From an uncultured bacterium (lineage in GTDB: Bacteria > Cyanobacteriota > Cyanobacteriia > Cyanobacteriales > Rubidibacteraceae): DNA of 64,000 nucleotides. The stretch lies in assembly GCA_964435975.1 (NCBI GenBank), contig CAYTBI010000004.1, positions 30,529-94,528 of the forward strand, in the 5' to 3' direction. Below the pieces are notes generated by a model. The model was given only the letters and a program-made list of their open reading frames with translations, made no database searches and had not been told where the DNA came from. This document shows, in pieces, positions 18,957-26,684 of this stretch (position 1 is its first letter; the number at the start of each line of letters is the position of its first letter). Made by a program: the position numbers and the translations under genes.

Positions 18957-18990
18957 TACGGCCCACCTTCGGCGTCGTAATTTCTTCTCA

Positions 18991-19021
18991 AGAGGCAGCC
19001 GGCGCGATCCGAGCTGCCTCT
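18991..19021 (+). terminator. Stem-loop / weak terminator candidate after the DAHP synthase gene
   Basis: Perfect 9-bp stem AGAGGCAGC...GCUGCCUCU with a 13-nt loop. The downstream U-tract is poor (UGCUAUU). Confidence 0.4.
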
Positions 19022-19051
19022 TGCTATTAAGGAAAACGAGGACGCTGCAAC

Positions 19052-21343
19052 ATGACAAACCGATTGAAGACTTCTTGGAGGTTAGCTGCAGCCGCCCTTG
19101 CCCTCGGCTGCGCGGGCTGTCAGACAGCCGTCGTTCGGACATCGGCGCTCTCGCCCGATCTTCCCGAGGCCCCGACCATTTCTGCAGATAACACCTGGGC
19201 CTTCGAGCCCCAACGCGATCGCTTTAGCCCCGAGGCGCTCCTAGATCTGCGCGCCCTTAACGAGACCGTTGCGGGCGAGACGGGGTTTGTGGGCCGCTCG
19301 CCCGACGGTGGAGATTTCGCGCGCGGCGACGGGACGCCCCTGCGGTTTTGGGCTGCGACCACCTACGTCTACGCAGATCCGGATAAAGACCTGGCTTTCC
19401 ATGCCCGCTTCCTAGCCAAGCGCGGGGTCAATATGGTCCGCTGGCACGGGACGATTTTTCCTCGCCAAGAGGGCGCGCGCCTGCAAGACATCGATGCGCG
19501 CGCTCGCGACGGCCTGTGGCGCCTCGTGGCAGCCATGAAGCAAGAAGGCATTTATGTGACGGTCTCGCCCTATTATGCCCGTCCCTTCAAGCCCCAGCCC
19601 AGTTGGGCAACGCCCCGAGATAGCCAGGGCTTTTATGGCTTGCTTTTTTTTGACCCGATCTTGCAGCAGGCCTACAAAACCTGGCTGCGAGAGCTGTTTA
19701 CCGTCGAGAACCCCTACACGGGGCTCGCGCTCAAAGACGACCCGGCCGTCGCCATCGTGCAGCTCCAAAACGAAGATTCGCTGCTGTTTTGGACGTTCAA
19801 CCGGATCGAGGGTCGCGATCGCGCGCTACTCGGTCGCCAATATGCCCGCTGGCTCCAGCAGAAATATGGCTCCCTTGCCGCCGCTCGCAGAGCTTGGCGA
19901 GGCATGCAGCTCGAAGACGATGACTTCGCAGGCGGGGTCGTTGGCCTTTTTAACCTTTGGGAGCTAACCCAACCCCTGCTGCCCTTCCGAGGTGGCAAAG
20001 CCCGACGTTTGGCCGACCAGACGGAATTTTTAACCGCAACCATGCGCCAATTTAACGCGGAGATAGCGCGCTACCTCCGCCAAGAACTGGGAGTCAAGCA
20101 ACTCATCAACGCGGGCAATTGGAAGACAGTTGACGCCGCTCGCCTCAATGATGCCGAGCGCTACTCCTACACGGCCAATGAGGTCATCGCCGTCAACCGT
20201 TACTACAATGGCGGCCCCCACCAGGGTCCTCACAGCGGTTGGGCGATTGTCAACGGCGATCGCTTTGGGGAGCGCTCGGTTTTATTCAATCCTGACAAGT
20301 TCCCGCTCAATCTCAAGCAGGTTGCGGGCCATCCCATGTTGGTGACGGAATCCTCCTGGGTGCCGCCACTCGGCTACCAGTCCGAAGGACCGTTTTTAAC
20401 AAGCGTCTATCAATCTCTAACCGGCATCGACGGCTTCTATTGGTTTTCTCTGGGTGTGGAAGGCTGGCGACAGCCCTCATGGGCCAACGACTTCAAGCCC
20501 TCTCTAAGAAAATGGATTGCCGATACCCCAGAGCTGCTAGGGAATTTCCCGGCGGCGGCGCTGCTCTACCGCCGGGGTTACGTGCGCACCGGTCGTCCGG
20601 TCTTAGAAGAGCGGCGTCCCTTAGCAGATCTTTGGCAGCGACGCCCTGCAGTGTTGGCGGAGGCGGCGGGCTTCGATCCCAATCGCGACCGCGGCTGGGG
20701 CCAGCGCGCTGCCGGAGCGGTAGGGCGAATCGACCCGCTGGCTTTTTTAGTTGGCCCGGTCAAGGTGACCTACGGACGACCTGCTGCTGAGTCTGCGGCA
20801 ATTGATACCGCCCCATACATAGACCGTCAAGCTAAGGTCCTGCGCTCGGTTACCGGAGAAGTTGTCTGGGACTACGGCCGGGGCATCTGCACGCTCAATG
20901 CCCCCAAGGCGCGAGGCGCGACCGGCTTTCTGGGGTCGGCAGGCGAGATCGCCCTCGATGGCGTGACAATCTCGGCAAAAAACCACTACGCAACGGCTCT
21001 CTTGATAGCACTCGACGACCGCGAGTTAGGGCGCTCCCGGCGGGCGCTCCTACAAATTGGCACGATCGCCCGGTCCACGGGCTGGCAAGCAACACCAACA
21101 ACCTGGGAAACGGAGCGCGGCAATCGAGAGACAGGCTACGAGGTGCTCGATCGTGGGCGCGCGCCTTGGCGCATCGTCAATACCGAGATGACTGTCGAGA
21201 TTGCCAATCCTCATTTCACCCGCGCCATCGCACTAGATATCAATGGCATGCCTCAGGCGACCGTGCCGCTGCAGCGCTCGGATGACGGCCGCCGGGCCCG
21301 TTTCGTCCTGCCCGCGTCGGGGAAATATTTTATTCTGGAGTAG
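19052..21343 (+). CDS. Lipoprotein, clan GH-A (TIM-barrel) glycoside hydrolase-like
   Basis: Lipobox-like LALGCAGCQ. Candidate acid/base VQLQNEDSLLFW and nucleophile MLVTESSW in GH-A-like spacing. Family not resolved. Confidence 0.5.
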   Translation: MTNRLKTSWRLAAAALALGCAGCQTAVVRTSALSPDLPEAPTISADNTWAFEPQRDRFSPEALLDLRALNETVAGETGFVGRSPDGGDFARGDGTPLRFWAATTYVYADPDKDLAFHARFLAKRGVNMVRWHGTIFPRQEGARLQDIDARARDGLWRLVAAMKQEGIYVTVSPYYARPFKPQPSWATPRDSQGFYGLLFFDPILQQAYKTWLRELFTVENPYTGLALKDDPAVAIVQLQNEDSLLFWTFNRIEGRDRALLGRQYARWLQQKYGSLAAARRAWRGMQLEDDDFAGGVVGLFNLWELTQPLLPFRGGKARRLADQTEFLTATMRQFNAEIARYLRQELGVKQLINAGNWKTVDAARLNDAERYSYTANEVIAVNRYYNGGPHQGPHSGWAIVNGDRFGERSVLFNPDKFPLNLKQVAGHPMLVTESSWVPPLGYQSEGPFLTSVYQSLTGIDGFYWFSLGVEGWRQPSWANDFKPSLRKWIADTPELLGNFPAAALLYRRGYVRTGRPVLEERRPLADLWQRRPAVLAEAAGFDPNRDRGWGQRAAGAVGRIDPLAFLVGPVKVTYGRPAAESAAIDTAPYIDRQAKVLRSVTGEVVWDYGRGICTLNAPKARGATGFLGSAGEIALDGVTISAKNHYATALLIALDDRELGRSRRALLQIGTIARSTGWQATPTTWETERGNRETGYEVLDRGRAPWRIVNTEMTVEIANPHFTRAIALDINGMPQATVPLQRSDDGRRARFVLPASGKYFILE

Positions 21344-21362
21344 ATTTTTCTTCGTCACCTCC

Positions 21363-21551
21363 ATGCCAGCCCCCACTTTTATTTACGTCGACGTTTACTA
21401 CATCAACCTGGCAAACGTGACCCACATCGAAGAAATGCCCGAAGGCACGATCGTCATCTATACCCTCAACGATCGCGAAATTTTCTTGCCCGCAAGCGCC
21501 AGGGCACAGCTCGAGGCTGCCCTCGTGGGCGTGCAAACCCCCGAAGATTGA
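21363..21551 (+). CDS. Small hypothetical protein (62 aa)
   Basis: ATG-initiated part of the 21243..21551 ORF. No motif recognised. Confidence 0.3.
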   Translation: MPAPTFIYVDVYYINLANVTHIEEMPEGTIVIYTLNDREIFLPASARAQLEAALVGVQTPED

Positions 21552-21555
21552 GCCA

Positions 21556-22140
21556 CTAGTGGCCCGTCACGCGCTGCCAATCGGCCGGCGTATTGCAATT
21601 AAATAGTACGCTGCGATCGCCTGCGATCAGCTCTGCTACCGGCTGCTGCTGTAGCCAGCCCTGGAGAGAGCGGCCTCCTGCAAGCCAGTACGCCTGCAAA
21701 CTCGCCACCCGATTCGGGCGATAAAACCCGCACAGGGGCTCCCAGCCTTTCGACCCTCTCGGGAGCGCCGCGGCCATCTCATCTGGAACGAAAGCCACCT
21801 GCGATTGCCACGCTTGCAAAGCAGCAGCACTCAGATAGGGCAGATCGCACGCCAGCACCAGCACCCAATCAAAGGCCGCCCCCCAAGCCAGCCCCAGGCG
21901 CAAGCCAGCCAGGGGCCCCCGGCCACCAACGGTTTCCCGGACCCAGGCACAGGGCGAAGGCACCGCCGCCTGGTAGCGCTCGGGCCAAGGCGTCACTACC
22001 GCCACGGGGCCGATGACTCGTGCGAGGCGCACCGTGCGTGCCAGGAGTGTCTCGCCGGCGCGGACTAGATTGGCCTTATCGCGGCCCATGCGCTGGCTTT
22101 TGCCCCCGGCCAAAATAACAGCCCCTGTTGTGGCGGTCAT
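21556..22140 (-). CDS. mobA: Molybdenum cofactor guanylyltransferase
   Basis: Internal ATG (MTATTGAVILAGGKSQRMGRDKA). The Arg-rich 49-aa upstream extension in the ORF track is rejected. Confidence 0.8.
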   Translation of the reverse strand: MTATTGAVILAGGKSQRMGRDKANLVRAGETLLARTVRLARVIGPVAVVTPWPERYQAAVPSPCAWVRETVGGRGPLAGLRLGLAWGAAFDWVLVLACDLPYLSAAALQAWQSQVAFVPDEMAAALPRGSKGWEPLCGFYRPNRVASLQAYWLAGGRSLQGWLQQQPVAELIAGDRSVLFNCNTPADWQRVTGH

Positions 22141-22613
22141 GGCTGCTGGGCCGCACGACCGGCGCCGCAATCGCCCCCGAGGTCGACCGCCCGCTGGCCG
22201 CCCCAAAGATCGACAATGCGATCGTCGTAGAGATCGGCCGTTGCCAGCACGTTTTCTACGGAGACTTTGAGTTCTTGGGGGTCGCAAGTCGAGCCTACGA
22301 TGGTGTGGCGAAACAATACATTCCCCTCAGAGTCGAGGGCAAAGCCCCCAAAGAGAAGCTCGGCATTTTTATGCAGGAGAAAGGCTTGCAAAGAGGTGCC
22401 AATTTCGGCGCCCACAACGACAATCGAGCGAACGTGCACGATCGAATCATCTTGCTGAAAGGGCAAAACGCGCACCTCGACGCCTGCCGAGCCCACAAAT
22501 AGCCGAAACCCGTTGTCGCCCAGGGTCTGCCAGTGAATGTCACCAAATAGGGTATCCATCCAACTGACAATTTTCTCGTAGCAGGCTTTTTGGGCGGGGG
22601 TCTCCAGCGTCAT
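22137..22613 (-). CDS. YbjN-like (putative sensory transduction/chaperone-fold) protein
   Basis: 158 aa. Overall YbjN-like pattern, with an ATGA overlap on mobA. The family call is tentative. Confidence 0.4.
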   Translation of the reverse strand: MTLETPAQKACYEKIVSWMDTLFGDIHWQTLGDNGFRLFVGSAGVEVRVLPFQQDDSIVHVRSIVVVGAEIGTSLQAFLLHKNAELLFGGFALDSEGNVLFRHTIVGSTCDPQELKVSVENVLATADLYDDRIVDLWGGQRAVDLGGDCGAGRAAQQP

Positions 22614-22630
22614 GGGGCAGGTTTGGGTAT

Positions 22631-23053
22631 CTACATTAAATTGCCTTCGGGGCTTCCTGTCGGGCCACCGGTTTCATCGGTGCTATAAGCACGACTATAG
22701 CGCTCGAACTCGGGGCTCTCCGGACCAAAGCTATCGGCGATGTGCTCGAGGCAGCAATTAACAGCGAATTCATCGAATTCCTCGGGATCGACACCGTAGA
22801 GCCGCTCAAAATTAGCCGCACTGACGCGGCAAAATTCCGGGCGCTGCTCGTATATGCGGCAGCGGCGACTCGCGCGATCGTAGTGGCGGCACCAGCCATC
22901 GGCTCCGACCATCGACCGGTAGCGGTCGAATTCGTCGGGGGTGAGGTATTCAGCCAAATCTGGGCGCTCCGTCGGTTGGAGATAGCAGCAGGCACCGCAG
23001 CGCTCTTGGCAATGCCAGCCTCTTGGCTGGCCTTCTGACTGGCCTGTTGGCAT
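22631..23053 (-). CDS. YkgJ/UPF0153 family cysteine-cluster protein
   Basis: CQERCGACCY ... CRHYD...RCRIYEQRPEFCR Cys pattern. Confidence 0.7.
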   Translation of the reverse strand: MPTGQSEGQPRGWHCQERCGACCYLQPTERPDLAEYLTPDEFDRYRSMVGADGWCRHYDRASRRCRIYEQRPEFCRVSAANFERLYGVDPEEFDEFAVNCCLEHIADSFGPESPEFERYSRAYSTDETGGPTGSPEGNLM

Positions 23054-23176
23054 GGGGACCCTGGGATTATTAATGAATATAAAGTTTTGTAACTAGCAGC
23101 CGGACCGCAACCACCTTCGCCAGTAGGATCTTACGTGTTCTGGCGTTCGCGCACTTTTACTAGGCTAATTTGGGAT

Positions 23177-23308
23177 ATGGACTTCATAGCAAATATTACG
23201 GAGAACCCCCTGTTTCCTCTGCTCGTACAGCTGCTCCCCGTATTCTTAATCGTTGTAGCAGGACCGATTGTCATTGTTGCGCTCTTTTATTTGCGAGGCG
23301 ACCTCTAA
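23177..23308 (+). CDS. psb30: Photosystem II protein Psb30 (Ycf12)
   Basis: 43-codon ORF, not in the supplied track: MDFIANITENPLFPLLVQLLPVFLIVVAGPIVIVALFYLRGDL. The C-terminal AGPxVIxxLxxxRG(D/N)L pattern is typical of Psb30. A terminator follows it. Confidence 0.7.
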   Translation: MDFIANITENPLFPLLVQLLPVFLIVVAGPIVIVALFYLRGDL

Positions 23309-23348
23309 GGTCTCGAGGCTTTGTGGCGATTTCGCCAAGATATGCTGA

Positions 23349-23378
23349 GGCTCTCCCAAACGCTTGGGGAGCCTTTTT
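23349..23378 (+). terminator. Rho-independent terminator after psb30
   Basis: GGCUCUCC-loop-GGGGAGCC followed by UUUUU. Confidence 0.65.
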
Positions 23379-23445
23379 GGTTTATGAGGCGGCCCGCGAG
23401 CTGCCTCAGCTCTCAGATGGATAACTTCCCCACATAAATTTCGAT

Positions 23446-24201
23446 GTGAGCATCAAAGCTAAACTCAGATCGTATGTCAAGCGCCTGCGCTACCTCGGGC
23501 GACAGCGCTATTGTCCTGTTTGCAAGCGAAATTCCAACCGATTCGAGCCATTCGGCTTCAGGCCGCGTTCTGATGCTCGATGCCCGTGGTGTGACTCTTT
23601 GGAACGCCACAGACTTGCGATACTCTTCTTTCGCGAGAAAACAAACCTCTTCACTGCAGCATCGAAGGACTTCCTTCATGTTGCACCGGAGAAACATTTC
23701 AAGCAACTGTTTGCGGAAGCTGCTGGCCGTGGATATTTGACTGCTGACTTGAGTGGGAAGGGTGTGATGGAGAAGATGGACATTACCGATATTCAGCACC
23801 CGGATGAGAGTTTTGATATTGTTTACTGCTCCCATGTCCTCGAGCACGTGCCCGACGATCGCAAAGCAATGGGCGAACTCTATCGAACGCTGCGTAGGTC
23901 TGGTTGGGCCGTTTTAAATGTTCCGATTGTGGCAGAAGTCACGTTTGAAGATTTCTCAATCACAGACCCAAAGGAACGACTGCGCGTATTCGGCCATCCC
24001 GAGCACGTTAGAAATTACGGCCCGGACTATAAGGCTCGACTCGAAGCAGTAGGCTTTCAAGTCACCGTTTATTCGCCAGAAGATTTCTTAACCCCTCGTG
24101 ACGTGGTGAGATACGGCTTATCGAATGGAGCGGCTGGCGAAATCTACTTTTGCACGAAGGAGTTAGCCAACAATGAGAGACCTTTTGCTAGGGCATGCTA
24201 G
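23446..24201 (+). CDS. Class I SAM-dependent methyltransferase with N-terminal zinc-ribbon
   Basis: CPVCKRNS...CPWCDS pair, then Methyltransf_11-like SFDIVYCSHVLEHV. GTG start. Confidence 0.7.
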   Translation: MSIKAKLRSYVKRLRYLGRQRYCPVCKRNSNRFEPFGFRPRSDARCPWCDSLERHRLAILFFREKTNLFTAASKDFLHVAPEKHFKQLFAEAAGRGYLTADLSGKGVMEKMDITDIQHPDESFDIVYCSHVLEHVPDDRKAMGELYRTLRRSGWAVLNVPIVAEVTFEDFSITDPKERLRVFGHPEHVRNYGPDYKARLEAVGFQVTVYSPEDFLTPRDVVRYGLSNGAAGEIYFCTKELANNERPFARAC

Positions 24202-24925
24202 GCCCCCTAGATGGGGACTGTTGTCTGGACCGTTCGATGTGGCCGGTGCCTTCTGACTCCGGATAACCCGGCAGCCCCCACTGCTCGGGCACAAATGCGT
24301 CTAATGACTCCAGAATTGAATCGGCTTCAGCGTAAGAGGCGGGATCGAGACTGGCATCAGGGACGGCAACAACCGCCATCCCCGCCGCTTTGGCACCGCG
24401 CACCCCAGAAATCGCATCTTCAAAGACCAAGCATTGCTCCGGCGCAACCCCCAGGCGGCGAGCGGCGAGCACAAAAATATCTGGGGCGGGCTTAGGACGA
24501 GCCAGTTCCGGATCGTCGCCGCAAACAACGCAAGCAAACGCTGCCTCCAACCAATGTCGGTGGGGGGCAGCTTTCATTTGAAACGATCGATAGGTCGATC
24601 CCGTGGCGATCGCGCGGGGGATGCCCCGATCGGCCAGATGGCGGCTGAGGCGGACGGCCCCCGGCAACGGCACCACTTGATTTACTAGCTGAGGGACGAG
24701 GCGAGCACGCTCGGCCACGTAGTCCGCCGGGCTCAGGGGCAGATCCAAAGCCGCCACGACAATCTCGGCGGAGGCCAAAGCCGGGCGACCTTGGATGCGG
24801 GCGCGCACTTCGGGTGGAAACGTCAGGCCGTAGCGGCCGACGATAGTTTGATTGACCCGGAGATTTAGGGTCTCCGTGTCGAGCAGCAGGCCATCGAAAT
24901 CAAAAATTACCGCCGAGATTGCCAT
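24188..24925 (-). CDS. HAD-superfamily hydrolase (beta-phosphoglucomutase-like subfamily IA)
   Basis: VIFDFDGLLLDTE motif I and VFEDAISGVRGAKAAGM motif IV. Its 3' end overlaps the convergent methyltransferase by 14 nt. Confidence 0.8.
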   Translation of the reverse strand: MAISAVIFDFDGLLLDTETLNLRVNQTIVGRYGLTFPPEVRARIQGRPALASAEIVVAALDLPLSPADYVAERARLVPQLVNQVVPLPGAVRLSRHLADRGIPRAIATGSTYRSFQMKAAPHRHWLEAAFACVVCGDDPELARPKPAPDIFVLAARRLGVAPEQCLVFEDAISGVRGAKAAGMAVVAVPDASLDPASYAEADSILESLDAFVPEQWGLPGYPESEGTGHIERSRQQSPSRGPSMP

Positions 24926-24981
24926 GCCCTAGTTGCTTGGGTCGCGCCTACGGGCTCAATTGTAAGGGGCTATATAGATCC

Positions 24982-25845
24982 TCAAGACTGCTCGTTGAGC
25001 CCCCAATCCCAATCGATGAAAGCGATGTCGTAGCCGCCGCGCATCAAGAATTCGCGATCTTCGGGGCCAACATACTGGCTGGCAAAGTTCGCGAAGGCCG
25101 TCTCGCGATCGTTTAGGCCTGGCAGGGACTCCTCTTGGGAGAAGCCGGGCTCCCAATCTTCACCAAACCATTTGAAAACAGCCGAGAGATAGACCTTATT
25201 TTCCTGGCGATCGATGCGGAAGTGCAAATCGCCATCGAAGCTAACGTTGACCTGCTCGTCGAGCTGCGTGTCGAGGGCCTCGCCGGTGAAGGGCTCGTTG
25301 CGCAGAATCGGGCAGCCAATCGAGGCGCAGTTGACGGCAAAGTGAATCCTTGGCTCGCTGAATAGGACGCGAATGGTGTCGTGCTCGATGTTGTTGAGCG
25401 TGACTTCTTGGCCGGCAACGGGGAACCTGCGTCCGTTCCAGACGCCACCGATCTTGCGGATGCTCTCAACGGGATAATTGTCGATAATCGAGACCAGCGT
25501 CAGAGAGTTGTAAGCATTAATCAAAAATGCCAAACGCTCCGATTCCGACCAGGAATTATAGGTAGCAGGGCTGACATCTCCGAGAGAGGCATTAAAGCGG
25601 TCGAGGGCCTCGCGGTCATTTTTTAGGCCTTCGTAGTCGACGAATCCCTCGTCACTGACGTACTTGCTCAGTACGGTTTCGTAATCGGTGTAGTCAAAGG
25701 GTGCAGCAGCCACCTCACCCACATTCACCGCCGAACCGGGTTCGCCGCCAATCGTGACGGCCTCAGAGCAACCAATTGCACCAATGGCTAGAACGACTAA
25801 AGCTAGGGTCGAGACTTTCTTTCCAAACATTGCTATCAACCTCAA
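24982..25845 (-). CDS. DUF547 domain lipoprotein
   Basis: Signal/lipobox LAIGAIGCSE and a DUF547-like core (FLINAYNSLTL...IHFAVNCASIGCPILR). Confidence 0.7.
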   Translation of the reverse strand: MRLIAMFGKKVSTLALVVLAIGAIGCSEAVTIGGEPGSAVNVGEVAAAPFDYTDYETVLSKYVSDEGFVDYEGLKNDREALDRFNASLGDVSPATYNSWSESERLAFLINAYNSLTLVSIIDNYPVESIRKIGGVWNGRRFPVAGQEVTLNNIEHDTIRVLFSEPRIHFAVNCASIGCPILRNEPFTGEALDTQLDEQVNVSFDGDLHFRIDRQENKVYLSAVFKWFGEDWEPGFSQEESLPGLNDRETAFANFASQYVGPEDREFLMRGGYDIAFIDWDWGLNEQS

Positions 25846-26072
25846 TAATTCGGCGAGAACTCCAAAACCGGACTCTCTAAAGATCGCTCGGAACCCGCCA
25901 ATACATTTTTCGGGTAGGTCCCGATAGTTTCTATCAAAAAAGATGAGCCTGAAGGAACCCTGAGAGTAGTGTAAATCCTCGCCGTGAAGACATCCGCCTC
26001 ATCTTAGGCGACTCGCGCCAGTCGCGCTAGAGTTAGCTCCGCGAGCATAACCCTATATGTTTGATTTCGTCC

Positions 26073-26552
26073 ATGAGCAATCCCTCCAGTAAGAAGATTA
26101 TTTACCTTGCCAATCCCTACGGCTTCAGCACTCAGCAGCGTCAAATGCTTCTGCCCCCTTTGATTGCCGCGCTGACGGCTCTCGGCTTAGAGGTCTGGGA
26201 GCCGTTCGCGCGCAACGACGCGGTCGATTTTTCGGTGCCGGGGTGGGCCTACCAAGTCGCCCGAGCTGACTTGCAGGATGTCTTGGCTGCCGATGCCGTC
26301 TTTGCTGTTGTCAATGGCGCCCCTCCCGATGAAGGGGTGTGCGTCGAGCTTGGCGCGGCCATCGCAGCAGGCAAGCCCTATTTCCTGTTTCGGGATGATT
26401 TTCGCCGCTGCAGCGACTCCGAGACCTATCCTCTCAATCTGATGCTCTTTGCCGGGTTACCTCGCGATGGCTGGCAAGATTTCTTCTACACGGACGTAGC
26501 CGAGCTAGCCGACCCCGACAAGGCGATCGCGCGCTGGCTGGGCGCTGGCTAA
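26073..26552 (+). CDS. Nucleoside 2-deoxyribosyltransferase-like protein
   Basis: IIYLANPYGFS ... PPDEGVCVELGAAIAAGKP pattern, including the conserved catalytic-Glu context. Confidence 0.65.
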   Translation: MSNPSSKKIIYLANPYGFSTQQRQMLLPPLIAALTALGLEVWEPFARNDAVDFSVPGWAYQVARADLQDVLAADAVFAVVNGAPPDEGVCVELGAAIAAGKPYFLFRDDFRRCSDSETYPLNLMLFAGLPRDGWQDFFYTDVAELADPDKAIARWLGAG

Positions 26553-26684
26553 CGAGAATTCCCTTGGCTATACCTATCGGGCGAATTTGTAAGTGACCCC
26601 TCCCGATTTGAGTAGATGAATATTACACTGCAAAAGAGTTGCAGAAATTAACAATTCCGCGTTCCGACCGAGCCAGATCGGCGC

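Noticed and set aside
22141-22287. A 49-aa Arg-rich N-terminal extension of MobA.
   Set aside because: It overlaps the upstream YbjN-like gene. MobA homology starts at the internal ATG (MTATTGAVILAGG), which forms an ATGA overlap typical of coupled genes.
23170-23424. An 84-aa ORF in the track spanning the psb30 region.
   Set aside because: It is in a different frame from the Psb30-like peptide, reads through the terminator hairpin and has no motif. The 43-codon psb30 reading is preferred.
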